In this document: positions 1 to 14,045 of the stretch, in pieces
Layout of the letters: the number at the start of each line of letters is the position of its first letter
How positions within the stretch are numbered: position 1 is the first letter of the stretch
Source: Octopus sinensis
Lineage: Eukaryota
NCBI RefSeq assembly: GCF_006345805.1
Contig: NC_043001.1
Coordinates: forward strand, 14,260,001-14,324,000
Direction: 5' to 3'
Length of the DNA stretch: 64,000 bases
Made by a program: the position numbers and the translations under genes
Notes under the pieces: generated by a model
Databases searched by the model: none
What the model was told of the DNA's origin: nothing
The model's input: only the letters and a program-made list of their open reading frames with translations

Positions 1-143
1 AAATCGACCCCAGGACTTATTCTTTGTAAGCCTAGTACTTATTCTATCAGGGTCTTTTGCCGAACTGCTAAGTTACGGTGACGTAAACACACCCGCATCA
101 GTTGTCAAGCGATGTTGAGGGGACAAACACAGACACACAAAAT

Positions 144-178
<35 letters not shown>

Positions 179-236
179 CATACACACACACATATACACA
201 TACACACATATATATATACACACACACATATACACA

Positions 237-268
<32 letters not shown>

Positions 269-745
269 GAATGAAAGATCTAAAGACATTGATTCCTGCT
301 GACTGGAAAATATTGAAAATGGTAAAATATTTAAATTTTGAATTATTTCTCTCAAATTAGATTTTACACAAGAAAAGGGCTTAGAATGATACTAAAGAGA
401 AAAAGAAAAAAAACAAAGTGTTAATGGTGTTTAGCTTGTTTTTTTTTTATCTTTTTCTTGTTTCAGTCATTAGACTGTGACCATGCTGGAGCACCGCGTT
501 GATGAGTTTTAACCAAATAGTTCTAATCAAGTGCTTTTTTGCTTTTTCTTAAGCCTGGTTTCTTTTGCTGGACTGCTAGGTTATGAAGATGTAAACAAAC
601 CAATACCGGTTGTCAAGCAGTGAGTGTGGAACAAACATACACACACACACATATGTATATATGCACACACATGCACTCAGGAACACATGTATATATACAC
701 ACACACACACACACACACATACGCATACATATATACGTACACATA

Positions 746-1215
746 GGTGTAGGAGTGGCTGTGTGGTAAGTAGCTTGCTTACCAACCACATGGTTCCGGG
801 TTCAGTCCCACTGCATGGCACCTTGAGCAAGTGTCTTCTACTATAGCCTCGGGCCGACCAAAGCCTTGTGAGTGGATTTGGTAGACGGAAGAAAGAAGAA
901 GCATAGGAGTGGCTGTCTGGTAAGTACTTGCTTACCAACCACATGGTTCCGGTTCAGTCCCACTGCATGGCACCTTGAGCAAGTGTCTTCTACTATAGCT
1001 CAGGCCGACCAAAGCCTTGTGAGGGATTTGGTAGACGGAACGACAGAAGCATAGGAGTGGCTGTGTGGTAAGTACTTCTTACCAACCACATGGTTCCGGG
1101 TTCAGTCCCACTGCATGGCACCTTGAGCAAGTGTCTTCTACTATAGCCTCGAGCCGACCAAAGCCTTGTGAGTGGATTTGGTAGACAGAAACTGAAAGAA
1201 GCCCGTCGTATATAT
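746..1215 (+). mobile_element. Family A tRNA-headed SINE, three tandem 5' halves
   Basis: AGGAGTGGCTGTGTGGTAAG (A box) ... GGTTCAGTCC (B box) ... ACCTTGAGCAAGTGTCTT repeated three times at about 155 bp period. Confidence 0.85.
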
Positions 1216-1434
1216 GTATATATATATGTGTGTGTATTTCACTGATATATAACCCTCATTACTACTACTACTACTGCTACTGCTGCTGCTGCTGTTGCCT
1301 CTGCTGCTGCTGTGGTAATTGTTGCTGTTGTGCCCGTTATTTATCATAGTTGTTGTGGAGGGACAGTGGTCAGTTACTTTAGCCAGTAATGTTGTAGTTT
1401 GGCTGGGAGGCAGTATAGTTTCTGTTGGATACTA

Positions 1435-1470
1435 CATGTATGTATGTATGTGTGTGTGTGTGTGTGTGTG

Positions 1471-1506
<36 letters not shown>

Positions 1507-2800
1507 ATGTATGTATGCATGTGTGTGTGTGTATGTATGTATGTATGTATGTATGTATGTATGTATGTATGTATGTATGTATGTATGTATGTATGTATGT
1601 ATGCATGCATGCATGTATGTGTATGTATGTATGTATGTATGTATGTATGTTATTGTATGTATGTATGTATGTATGTATGTATGTATGTGTGTATGTATGT
1701 ATGTATGTATGTATGTATGTGTATGTCTGATGTATGTGGTATGTGTGTATGTATGTATGTATGTATGTAGTGTGTATGTATGTAGTATGTATGTGTGTGT
1801 GTATGTATGTATGTAGTGTGTATGTATGTATGTATGTATGTATGTATGTATGTACGTATGTATGTATGTACGTATGTATGTATGTATGTATGTATGTATA
1901 TGTATGTATGTACGTATGTGTGTATGTATGTACGTATGTATGTACGTATGTACGTACGTATGTACGTATGTATGTACGTATGTACGTATGTATGTACGTA
2001 TGTATGTGTGTGTGTATGTATGTATGTATGTATGTATGTATGTATGTATGTATGTATGTATGTATGTATGTATGTATGTATGTATGTACGTACGTACGTA
2101 CGTCGTAGTACGTACGTACGTACGTACGTATGTATGTATGTATGTATGTATGTATGTATGCATGTATGTGTATGTATGTATGTGTGTGTGTATGTATGCA
2201 TGCATGCGTGTATGTATATGTATGTATGTATGTATGTATGTAGATAATGAATGTATGTATGTACCATGTACATATATGTATGTATGTAGATATGTAATGT
2301 GTACATATTATGTATATATGTATATGTATGGATGTATGTGTATGTATGTGTATGTATGTATATATGTAGGTAATGAATGTATATATATGTAACATGTACA
2401 TATATGTATGTATGTGTATGTATATGTATCTATGTATGTATGTATGCATATATGTAGGTAATGAATGTATGTATGTAATGTGTATATATATGCATGTGTA
2501 TGTTTGTGCATGTATGTGTACACATATATGTGTGCGTATGTATGTATGTGTACGTATGTTTGTGTATGTATGTATATATGTAGGTAATGAATGTATGTAT
2601 GTATGTGTACATATATATATGTAAGTATGTATATGTTTATGTATGTATGTGTACATATATATGTATACGTATGTATGTATGTGTATGTATGTATATATGT
2701 AGTTAATGAATATATGTATGTAACGTTACATATATGTATGTACGTATATATGTATGTATGTATGTATGCATGTATGTGTGTATGCATGCATGTATGTAAC
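1435..2800. repeat. About 1.4-kb compound (TATG)n/(TG)n/(TACG)n microsatellite
   Basis: Direct reading; source of the 150-425 aa HTYI/MYVC pseudo-ORFs. Confidence 0.97.
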
Positions 2801-2929
2801 ATGTGATTCATGAATTTAAATCAAATAACATTAGGAGTATCCATGTAAACACGTGGACACACTTAGACACCCGTATATGCACGGACACAAATACCTACAT
2901 GTACAAACAGCTGTGAAAACCCCTCAACC

Positions 2930-3360
2930 TCCACTCTTGGACACAGGAAATTCAATGTGAAGGAACAATTTGTAGAATGAAATTATGCATGTGTGTTCAA
3001 CCCTAACAGTGGAAGGAACCTGGGGAAGAGGTAGACCCAGGAAGACATGGGATGAGGTGGTGAAGCATGACCTTCGAGCGTTGGGCCTCACAAAGGCAAT
3101 AACAAACAACCAAGACCTTTGGAGATATGCTGTGATTGAAAAGACCCGACAAGTCAAGTAAGATCGTAACCATGGCCGATGCCAGTGTTGCATAACTGGC
3201 TCGTTTAAAAGTACCCTTCAATCGTCAGGCAATATGCTGTGCTGAAGAAGACCTGTCGAGTCAAGTGAAATTGCAGTCATGGCCAATGCCAGTGCCACCT
3301 GACTGGCTCCCATGCTGGTGGCACGTAAAAAGCACCATTCAAGCACAGTTGATGCCAGTA
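2930..3360 (+). mobile_element. RTE-clade LINE 3' end (ORF C-terminus plus start of 3' UTR repeats)
   Basis: GTWGRGRPRKTWDEVVKHDLRALGL...DLWRYAVIEKTR is a typical RTE C-terminus; runs into the family C repeat units. Confidence 0.8.
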
Positions 3361-3629
3361 CTTATTTCTTTACTACCTACAAGGGGCTAAACACAGAGGG
3401 GACAAACAAGGACAGACAAACGGATTAAGTCGATTACATCGACTCCAGTGCGTAACCGGTACTTAATTTATCAACCCCAAAAGGATGAAAGGCAAAGTCG
3501 ACCTCGGCGGAACTTGAACTCAGAACGTAACGGCAGACAAAATACGGCTACACATTTCGCCCGGCGTGCTAACATTTCTGCCAGCTCACCGCCTTTTGAT
3601 GCCAGTACTGCCCAACAGGCCCCCATACC

Positions 3630-3689
<60 letters not shown>

Positions 3690-4342
3690 AAAGTAAGATA
3701 GGGGTTATGGATGTAACCCACTAAGGGATAGTATTTATCCAATATACTGTTGGTAAAGTAGCCCAATTCTTAATACATAAATGTTTTTAATTGCAATGCA
3801 ATTAATTTACTCATTGTATTAAACGGGTGAAGGTAAAGAAATATTTTACCGTTAATTTATAATTCTTATCTTATATGTATTTAATTATAAGATATATATG
3901 TATGCTATTGAGGTTCTCATTTTGTTAAATGAATAAATAATCCAACATTCTAATATCCGAAAGTTGATGAACAAACTAAATTGTTTCTCCGTTTTCTTAT
4001 TTGTATTATATATATATATTATATATATATATATTATATATATATATATCGTGCATGTATATGTATTCGTGTATATGTACATTATTGATTTGTTTTATAT
4101 TCTAACCAACTTGAAAGATATCCTCACAAAACTAAAAATGATAATATTGTGAAGAAATATTTTCACATCTACAGTAATTAGAATGGCAGATTTAATTTAA
4201 ATGAAGCAGACATATACATGCACACATATATATATATAAAGAGGGAGTCAGAGAGAGAGAGAGAAAGAGATGAACAGACAGAGAGGTTGATAGATATATA
4301 CAGACAGATAGAGAGTAAGGGAGACAGACAGACAAATATATA

Positions 4343-5587
4343 TCAGATTGAGTAAAAAGTAAGCAACGTTTTGAACCATGAAGAATTTGTACCGGAATTT
4401 TGCAGAATTTTGAATTTTTTTAAACACTGTTTTGCAATTGTCTGATAATACAGACATAGACTTGCCCAAATGTATCAATAAATTAATATTAATCTATTTT
4501 TTTACCATAGTTACAATCATCTGAAATGGAATTGTCAAGATGTGATATTCAAGCAATTTTGCTATTGAACTCCAAAAAAAGACGTAAAGCAGCTGAAACT
4601 GCTCACGATATCGACGAAATGTTTGGTCAGGGAATGACCAGTGATTTGATAAGGAAATGACCAGTGATTTGGTGAAGAAATGACCAGTGATTTGATAAGG
4701 AAATGACCATCTGTCATCAATGACAGTTAATTAAAGACCCTCGTTGAGAAAGATCCATGTAAAACCACCCAAGAACTGGCAAAAGAATTTCAAGTTAGCC
4801 AGAAAACTGCCTGCAACCATTTGCATGTGATTAGAAAGTCAAAAAAGCTTGACAAATGGATATATGATTTGAATAAAAATCAGCAAATGTGCAGATATGA
4901 AATTTGCTCTTTGCTTCTTCTCCATAACCAGACTGATCCATTTCTTCCCTGTATTGTAACTTGCAATGAAAAGTGGATTTTGTGCAATAATAGAAAATGT
5001 TCTTCACAGTGGTTGGACCAAAATGAAGCACTGAAAACCTTCCCTGAATCCGAGATCTTCAACAAGAAGGATATGGTGACTGTTTAGTGGTGTATTACTG
5101 ACTCATCCACTATAACTTCTTAAAACCCAGAAAAACCATTACTGCAGAAACATATTGCTATGAAATTGCCAAAATGAACAAAAAACTGCCATTCCTCCAT
5201 CCTCAGAAGAGGGTCAATCATTCTTTATAACAATGCTTGATCACACATTTCAGTAATGATGCTCCAGAAGTTGAGGGTACTTGGCTATGAAGTTCTTCCC
5301 CACCCAGCTTATTCTCTAGACTTTTCTCCTACCAATTACCACTTTTTCAAGTGCCTTGATAGTTCCCTGCAAGAGGGAGTTCAAAAATCAAACTGATGCT
5401 GAAAGTGCATTCAAAGAGTTCATCAGCTCCAGAACTCCAGATTTTTATGCAACCGGAATAAACAAACTTGGCAAAAATGTGTTGATTGTAATGGCACTTA
5501 CTTTGATCAATAAAATTTCCATATTATTGAAATATATTGTGACGAATTTCATGTTTCAAAACATTGCTTACTATTTACTCAGCCTGA
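4343..5587 (+). mobile_element. Full-length but inactivated Tc1/mariner (Hsmar1/SETMAR-like) transposon, 1245 bp
   Basis: ~45-bp imperfect TIRs (TCAGATTGAGTAAAAAGTAAGCAACG / TTGCTTACTATTTACTCAGCCTGA), TA on both sides; transposase remnants RKAAETAHDIDEMFG, IVTCNEKWILCNN and HPAYSLDFSPTNYHFF with frameshifts and stops. Confidence 0.92.
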
Positions 5588-6296
5588 TATATTTATATAT
5601 GAAGATACAAATGTAGCTATATACACACACACAATTTGATTGTGAAGTGAAACAATAAAACCAGAAATACTTTCATTTGAAAAATAATTTTTGGATTCTT
5701 TAATTATTCTTTAAAACAGATTTATTTCCATTTAGTGTTTTTTTTTTAATTTTTATTTTTATGTTTTGTTTTATGAAAGGCCAAAAAATGTTTTAAATAA
5801 AAAGTGAAACATAGTATTTGGATGTTGTTTTCTCAATAATTTTACATATGTATGCGTGTGTGTGCATAAATGTATGTAAGCATATATTAAAACGTGTACA
5901 CATATACATAAATATATAATTGCTTTTATTTTTTAAAAGACACGGATTTATTTACATAAAACAACAATAAACAACAAAAATTACAAATATGTCAACAAGT
6001 TGGTCTTTTAATATAGATATATACATATATCATATATATATATATATATATACATACATATATATACATATACATATATATATACATATATACATACATA
6101 CATATATATACATACATACATATATACATATATATATACATATTATACATACATACATATATATACATATACATACATACATATATATATACATATATAT
6201 ACATACATACATATATATACATACATATATACATACATACTATATATATACATACATACATATATATATACATATATACATACATACATATATTAC

Positions 6297-6329
<33 letters not shown>

Positions 6330-6369
6330 CATACATACATACATATATAACATACATACATATATATAC

Positions 6370-6421
<52 letters not shown>

Positions 6422-6816
6422 ATCATATACATACACATACATATATTTACAAACACACATGCACACAAGGAATATTTTTGTCTTTTAGTTGATGAACGAC
6501 AGAAACAGCAGAACCAAAACGAAAAAAACCATTGAACAGATATAACAGTTACCCTTGTGTTCAGCCAATTAATCCGTTAATCCATTAATCCTTTAATCCA
6601 TCTTGAAATCTGTTCATCACAATTCCAGCTCTTTGATGAAGTTCCCTTTCTGGGTCAGATTCATTCCAAAAAGTAAAATTTGTCCATATATTTATATATT
6701 TATATATTTATATATATATACACCACAATGACCAAACACCTTTAAGTGAATGAAGGAAATGAAGGAGAGGAGGAGGAAGAAGAAGTTATGAGAGAGCATG
6801 CATAGGGGGTTGCTCC

Positions 6817-6987
6817 TTATACTTCAGATTCCTTATACAGATGTAAAATGTCCATCTGGTTTAGGATGAAGGAAATGGTGTGCTGTCGAATCAGTCCAAT
6901 TTGACATTTCAATGTCACATTCTGCTCAAGTGACATGTCCAAACAAGATTTCAGAAATGCATTCTCCGCAATCATCTTTTCTCGAGC
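6817..6987 (-). CDS. RASGRP: RasGRP last coding exon (171 nt incl. TAA): AREKMIAENAFLKSCLDMSLEQNVTLKCQIGLIRQHTISFILNQMDILHLYKESEV*
   Basis: catttgtttcag acceptor at phase 0; continues the heptad-like LLKAEE-AREKMIAEN helix; below the 60-aa ORF cutoff. Confidence 0.85.
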   Translation of the reverse strand, partial: AREKMIAENAFLKSCLDMSLEQNVTLKCQIGLIRQHTISFILNQMDILHLYKESEV

Positions 6988-8159
6988 CTGAAACAAATGC
7001 CAAGAAAGAGAATGGTTAGAATAAGGAATAAGAAATTTACAAAAGAAAAAAAAAGGGGGAAAATAATGAAAGTTAATGATTTCATGAATTCTTGTAATAT
7101 GGTTTCATCAACCCCGGTGGTCAACTGGTGCTTATTCTATTGACCCTCAAAAGATGAAAGGCTAAGTTGGTCTTTGTGGAATTTGAACTCAGAACATGAA
7201 GATGGCTGAAATGCCACTAAGAATTTTAAAAGGCACCATTTGAGTGTGATTGTTACCAGCGTCGCCTTACTGGCACTTGAGCCCCGTGCTAGTAGGGTGC
7301 CAAGAGTACCACCCGAGCGTGATCATTGCCAGAGCAGCTAACTGGCTTCTGTGCTGGTGGCATGTAAAAGGCACCATTCGAGCATGATCATTACCAGCGT
7401 CACCTTACCAGCACCTGTGCCGGTGGAATGTGTAAAAAGATTCGAGCGAGGTCGTTGCCAGTACTGCCTGACTAGCCCCCATGCCGGAGGCACATAAAAA
7501 GCACCCACTACACTCTCGGAGTGGTTGGCATTAGGAAGGGCATCCAGCTGTAGAAACTCTGCCAGATCAAGATTGGAGCCTGGTGCAGCCATCTGGCTCG
7601 CCAGCCCTCAGTCAAAATCGTCCAACCCATGCTAGCATGGAAAGCGGACGTTAAACGACGATGATGATTGTAACGGTTATGCTGCCTCACTGCTGTAAGC
7701 ATTTTTGTAATATCTCATCAGCGTTGGTGCTTTTTAACATCCACATTTTCATGTTTCATTAATTAAATATATTCTGTTAGAATATTATACACTGAATCTA
7801 TAATGAGTGCTCTTTGTATAAAATGTCAAAAATATTAATACTATAAAGTATTTAGACATTAATACAAGCGATTGTATATACTGTATTTTGAAATAATAGT
7901 ATGAAATTCAATATCAAACAAAATTTTTCACGAAGATATATATGACTAAAATAGTATTATATTAAAAATATTTTTAGATATATGAAACATGATAGCTTAA
8001 AAATGTGTTAATTAATGCATCTTACGATCATTTCATGAAAATATTGTCATTATAGTGGAATCCATTGCTGATACACATTGATAGACGATACTTCTGCTCG
8101 TCAGAGATGGAGAAGATAAAATTTTTATAATATATCAAATGTTGTTTTAAAATTAGAAA

Positions 8160-8410
8160 AATTTTCAAACTCCACCTGTCTAACACCCGTAGACATTTTT
8201 TACAAAGTCAGAAAACAGCACAGCTTCCATGACTTTTGGTAACATTTTTTCACACTAAGAGTTGCTGAAGTATGGAACAAACTGCCGGCATCAGTTGTTA
8301 GTTGTAGGAGCACTGCATCCTTCAAAATTTCCATGCTTCCTGAGATTCACCAACATTACACCTGATTTTCTCCCCTCCATATACACGCAAGCATGTATCT
8401 GACTCATACA
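8160..8410 (+). mobile_element. CR1/L2-type LINE 3' fragment
   Basis: FFTLRVAEVWNKLPASVVSCRSTASFK, typical CR1-group ORF2 terminus. Confidence 0.75.
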
Positions 8411-8447
8411 CATATACACATACATATATTGTATGTGTGTGTGTATG

Positions 8448-8489
<42 letters not shown>

Positions 8490-8491
<2 letters not shown>

Positions 8492-8830
8492 GTTAGTTAG
8501 TTAGTTAGTTAATTAATTTTGGGCTCAAAAAGCAAAAAGCAAGGCCATGTAGGGGGACATGGAGTTATGTACAGGGTGGTGTTCATGTAAAGAGTTCAGG
8601 CCACTTGTGGTCAAGGGAGACTTTGAACCGAGCGGTCGTCGGCATCTTCACTATCTCGTCCGGCAGCTTATTCCACGGATCCGCAACCCGGACGGAGAAA
8701 GCCCCTCTCCTTCGATTGAGATGAAATCGTCGCAGATAGAGCTTTTCGGAGTGACCCCGAAGCCGACGCTCTGGAGCAGGAATGAAGGGCAACAATATGA
8801 TACAGTTGGAAACAGTGTCTAAAGTTGATG
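8490..8830 (-). mobile_element. CR1-type LINE 3' fragment with (ACTA)n tail
   Basis: LRGHSEKLYLRRFHLNRRRGAFSVRVADPWNKLPDEIV; tail-to-tail with the + strand fragment across a (TA)n tract. Confidence 0.85.
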
Positions 8831-10261
8831 TAATTCGTCCATCACAAGCATCTCAGCAAAATAACACAATAAGCCTCTTTAATACATTTACCCTTTCAAT
8901 TAATTAAAACAACGACAAAACTAACATTTTTAAATGAAATAAAAAATATTATTCTGTTGTGTCTGGGGAGAGTCATTTTCTTTTTGTGCCTTACAATGTA
9001 ACACACTGACCGGTAAAATTATAGAAAATACCTAAAAGAAAAATGAAATTCGTTCAAGGGAGATAACTACAGATAACTAGCAAGCAATTATCAAAGTTAT
9101 TCCCCTTGTCAATGTAAGATTTTTTTTTAATTCGGAAAAATACAATTTATTTTAATTGGTATTTTATTTCATAATTTGATTATTCGCGTGTTTATTAATT
9201 TATTTCATTACTTACGTGTTTATACATTTACTTATTTGTTATATTACATATTTAATACATTTTCACTGAGGTACTAAGAAATTCAACGTCCTTTTTTTGC
9301 TTACGAAATTAATTAATTTCTAATACAGACCGTTAATTATATTCTCCACACTAATTGTAACATTTCTGTTGTGAGATGTTAAAGAATTTCTTTCGTTATA
9401 ATATTTAAAACTATAACTATATTTTCGGGTTAAATTATTTTGCAATAATATTTCTGGGAGGAAACGTTGTAGAATCTAACGTTTCCAGACTTGAAGAATA
9501 AAGGGGAAAACGAGTAAAAGTTGTGCTGTTGTTTGAGCTGTGGATGAATAAATATTTGTTCCCCACAGCCTTAGCAGCAACAACAACAGTAGCAACACGA
9601 TTTCCCCCCCCCCCATTTATCTATTTATCTCCCTCTCTTTCACTCTTTCTCTTTCTATCTCTTTCTTTCTCTATTTTCCTTTCTTTTTCTATTTCCATTT
9701 CTTTCTTTCTCCTTCTATCTTTGTCTTTCTATCTCTCTCTATCTCCCCCTCTCTCTCTCTCTCTCTTAACTCCTCTTTCTTTCTCTTTCTATCTAACTAT
9801 CTCCCCCTCTCTTTCTAACCTTCCACTCTCTTAACCCCTCTTTCTCTCTCTTTCTATTTATCTCCCTTTCTCTTTCAACCCCTCCCCCCCTCTCCCTCTC
9901 TCTCTCTCTCTGAGACAAAGAGCAAAGATCCACAATCATTATATTCTTCACTCCAGAAAGCAACTGAAGTTATCGAATTAAATCAATGAATTTTTCAAAA
10001 AGAAATAATTCTTGCTAATGCTGACTAAACTGCAATAATAATGATGATAATAATAATAATAATGGTTTCAAATTTTGGCACAAGGCCAGCAACCAGTACT
10101 CATTTTATTGACCCTGAAAGGACTAAAGACAATGTCAACTTCAACAGAATTTGAACCAAGAACATAAAGAGTTGGAAGAAATGCCGCTAAGCATTTTGTC
10201 CAATGCAGTAACGACTCTTACAGCTCACCACTTTTGGAAATATAATAATAACTATGAGCTT

Positions 10262-11275
10262 ATGGTAGTGAGCCGACAGAAACGTTAGCACATTCGGCGA
10301 AATGCTTAGCAGTAATTTGTCTGTCTTTACGTTCTAAGTTCAAATTCTGCCACGGTCGACTTTGCCTTTCATCCTTTCGGTGGCGATAAATTAAGTACCA
10401 GTTGCGTACTGGGGTTAATCTAATTGAATGGCCTCTCCCCGAAAATTTCAGGCCTTATGCTTAGAGTACAAAAGATTCTTTTAAAGGCGGCAAGCTGGCA
10501 GAATCGTTAGCACGCCAGGCAAAATTCTTAGCGGTATTTCGTCTGCCACTACATTCTGAGTTCAAATTCCATCGAGGTTGACTTTGCTTTTCATCCTTTT
10601 GGAGTCAATAAATTAAGTACCAGTTACGCACTGGGGTCGATGTAATCGACTTAATCCGTTTGTCTGTCCTTGTTTGTCCCCTCTATATGTAGCTCCTTGT
10701 GGGTAGTAAAGAAATAGGTATTTCGTCTGTCTACATTCTGAGTTCAAATTCTGCCGAGGTTGACTTTGCCTTTCATCCTTTCAGTGGTGATAAATTAAGT
10801 ACCAGTTGTGTACTGGAGTCAATCTAATCGACTGGCCACCTCCCCAAAGATTTCGGGCCTTGTGCCTAGAGCAGAAAATAATATTTTAAAGGCAGCGAGC
10901 TGGCAGAAATGTTAGCATGCCAAGCAAAATGCTTAGCGGTATTTTGTCTGAGTTCAAATTCCGCCGAGGTCGACTTTGCCCTTCATCCTTTCAGGGTTGA
11001 TTAAATAAGTACCAGTTACGCACTAGGGTCGATATAATTGACTTAATCCGTTTGTCTGTCCTTGTTTGTCCCCTCTGTGTAGCCCCTTGTGGGTAATAAA
11101 GAAATAGGTATTTCGTCTGTCTATACATTCTAAGTTCAAATTCCACCGAGGTCGACTTTGCCTTTCATCCTTTCGGTGGCAATAAATTAAGTACCAGTTG
11201 TGTACTGGGGTTGATCTAATTGACTGGCCTCCTCCCCCAAAATTTCAGGCCTTGTGCCTAGAGTAGAAAAGAATA
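10262..11275 (+). mobile_element. Cluster of family B tRNA-headed SINE monomers and multimers
   Basis: Head GGCAGCGAGCTGGCAGAA...GAGTTCAAATTCC followed by about 179-bp units containing TTTCATCCTTTCGGGGTCGATAAATTAAGTACCAG. Confidence 0.85.
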
Positions 11276-11658
11276 ATAACTATGAGCTTATTGCATATGG
11301 AGCTCAGATGCATTATAATTCTTCATAAAAGGGTAAAAGAGAAAACTGAAGACAGAAATTGATAACAAAGTCAGTCAAATAACGAAAGACAGCAATGAAA
11401 GACTGAAGAAGATGCAAAGAACACAGGATGAAAAACAAAAAGGACAGGAAAACGAACATCAAAAGTGTCATAAAGATGCAAAGACATCAGTAGTGTTGGC
11501 ATTCTCAGATTCTGGATTCCTCCATGTGCCCATGAGGGATTAACTACAAGACAGAAACTCCATGCAGAAAGCATTCAACAATATGCAGCACTCACATGCT
11601 TTCACCTGTAAGGTGTACATACTTAGGACAGTACAAAATATGTTACAATTATACAGTA

Positions 11659-12271
11659 CAGTAAACCCTCGACTATCGCAGGTGTTACATTCCAAAACCC
11701 TCTGCAACAGGTGAAAATCCGTGAAGTAGAAACAGTACTCATCATCATCATCATCATCATCATCGTTTAATGTCCACTTTCCATGTTAGCATGGGTTGAA
11801 CGATTGCCTGAGGGCACCAGCCTTCAACCATGATCCAGCAGTGTTTCTACAGCTGGATGCACTTCCTAACGTCAACCACTCCAAGAGTGTAGTGGGTGCT
11901 TTTAAGTGCCACCGGCATGGGGGCCAGTCAGGCGGTACTGGCAACGACCTCCTCGAATCTTTTTACACATGCCATCGGCACAGGTGCCAGTAAGGCGACG
12001 CTGGTAACGATCATGCTGGAATAGTGTCTTTTACGTGCCACCGGCACAGAGGCCAGATGGCCGCTCTGGCAAAGATCACGCTCGGTTGGTGCTCTTAATA
12101 CCCTACTAGCACAGGGCTCGAGTGACAGGTACTGTATATTTTTTTTTAATTATTTTTATAATTTGTATATATTTATTTTATTATAAATGCAAAACAATAG
12201 CACAGAGGAATCGAGGTAAGCTTAGATAATAAACCGTGATAGGTGAACCGCGATATAGCGAGGGATTACTG
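11659..12271. mobile_element. Tigger/pogo-like MITE interrupted by a family C insertion (about 11741-12120)
   Basis: TA-CAGTAAACCCTCGACTATCGC ... GCGATATAGCGAGGGATTACTG-TA terminal inverted repeats. Confidence 0.75.
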
Positions 12272-12429
12272 TACTCACATGCTGACAGTAGTCACTTGTA
12301 CACACTCATGACACCTGTTTATAACGAAGTTAACTAATTTATTTGACAGTGAATGAAAAATAACTTTACCAGGCCGGATTAAGACCCATAGAGGCCCTAA
12401 GCACATTTTCTTTGTCCCCCTGTAATCTT

Positions 12430-12720
12430 GTCCTGTTCATAGGTGGTGGTACCACGGCTGGTGCATCTTTGCCAGGTGGAGCAGTTTTGTGCTTTCCAGG
12501 TTTCAGAGTTGATCTCAAAGCTCTTCCATAAGGCTTTGAGTGTAATCCTTGAAGTGCTTCTTATCTCCACCTTGCGTACACTTGCTTGCCTTCTCCCAGT
12601 TCACTGTAAAACAATCTCTTGGGGGGAGTTGCGTGTCAGGCGTTCGAACAAGGTCACCGGCCCACCTGACTTGCACTCTCTTCAGCAGTGTGTAAATGCT
12701 TGGCATGGCATGTGAGTCCA
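12430..12720 (-). mobile_element. RTE-BovB-type LINE ORF fragment, degenerate
   Basis: PSIYTLLKRVQVRWAGDLVRTPD...GGDKKHFKD resembles the RTE C-terminal region. Confidence 0.8.
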
Positions 12721-13085
12721 AGTGATGACTTCCATGTGTGAAACCTTGTGTGTATGATACCCCCCCACACACACAGTTATATGGTTTACAGCAGACATGG
12801 TGTTAGAAACCCACAGGAAATGTAACAACTTTTTTCCATCACCTTCCTCTCTATTATGAAATACAGTAGTACCTAAGTTTTCAAACAACTCTGATCACAA
12901 ATAAATCACGCTTCATATATATATATATATTGATATAGATATGGATACATATATATAAAGCAGGATTTATTTGCAATCAGAGACATCCATAAACTGAGAT
13001 TGTCTGTATTAAAATAATATGAGAAAGACAAGAGATAAAGTATGATTTATTTGTGATCAGAGTTGTTTGAAAACCAAGGTACTAC

Positions 13086-13177
<92 letters not shown>

Positions 13178-13442
13178 GTAATGGTAAGACAACAAAAGAA
13201 TGCTTAAGACCTCAATGTTGCCAGTACCGCCTGACTGGCCCTCATGCCAGTGGCGCATAAAAGCATCTACTACACTCTCGGAGTGGTTGGTATTAGGAAG
13301 GACATCCAGCTGTAGAAACTCTGCCACATCAAGATTGAAGCCTGGTGCAGCCTTCTGGTTCACCAGACCTCAGTCAAATCATCCAACCCATATGCTACCA
13401 TGGAAAGCAGACGTTAAACAATGATGATGATGATAATGATGA

Positions 13443-13480
<38 letters not shown>

Positions 13481-14045
13481 CAAATCAAAATATTTTCATA
13501 CAGTCTTATAATGATGAGGAACTTCATTGATAATTTTACCTTATTTGCCTCCAGTCTACCTCAGCTCACATCATGTGACTAGTTTGTATGAATGAAAGGG
13601 GAAACAACCCACAGCAATAACTTACAAAGAAAATCTGTATCAAAGCAGAGCAGTGTAGAGTAAATGAAACATTAATTTGTTTCACTGAAGCTAAGACGAT
13701 ATGGAAATGATTAGATGGAGCAGATATCATGGAACAGCAGCTAATATGAGAGAAATGAGTTAATAAATGTCTTGTTCGACTAAAGGAAAAATCTAAGCTT
13801 TCATAGAAAAACGCCTAAGAATATTTTATGGAGCAGCTTGGGATGAAGTTAATAGTGTCATGAAAGCAATATGATATCATGTGATATTATTAATGTGATA
13901 TTAGAGTATTTGAGATAGAATGATGAGCAGAGAATTTTCAGTTTGTTATTTGTTAATATTAGTGAAGTGCTTTAGAAGTGAAAGCAATGTAGGAAGCTGA
14001 AGCAAATATTTCTTGTTTCTTTTTAAATAAAATAATGAATATGTA

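Noticed and set aside
1379-2656. 425-aa ORF and overlapping 120-257 aa ORFs
   Set aside because: Translations of a (TATG)n/(TG)n microsatellite; no splice context or protein similarity.
5920-5955. AATAAA hexamers on the minus strand as the RasGRP poly(A) signal
   Set aside because: The hexamer is frequent in this AT-rich DNA; it cannot be assigned without 3'-end data.
11340-11545. Plus-strand K/E/Q-rich open frame suggesting a nested gene
   Set aside because: Bounded by stops, no convincing splice sites, no partner exons; purine-rich composition explains the open frame.
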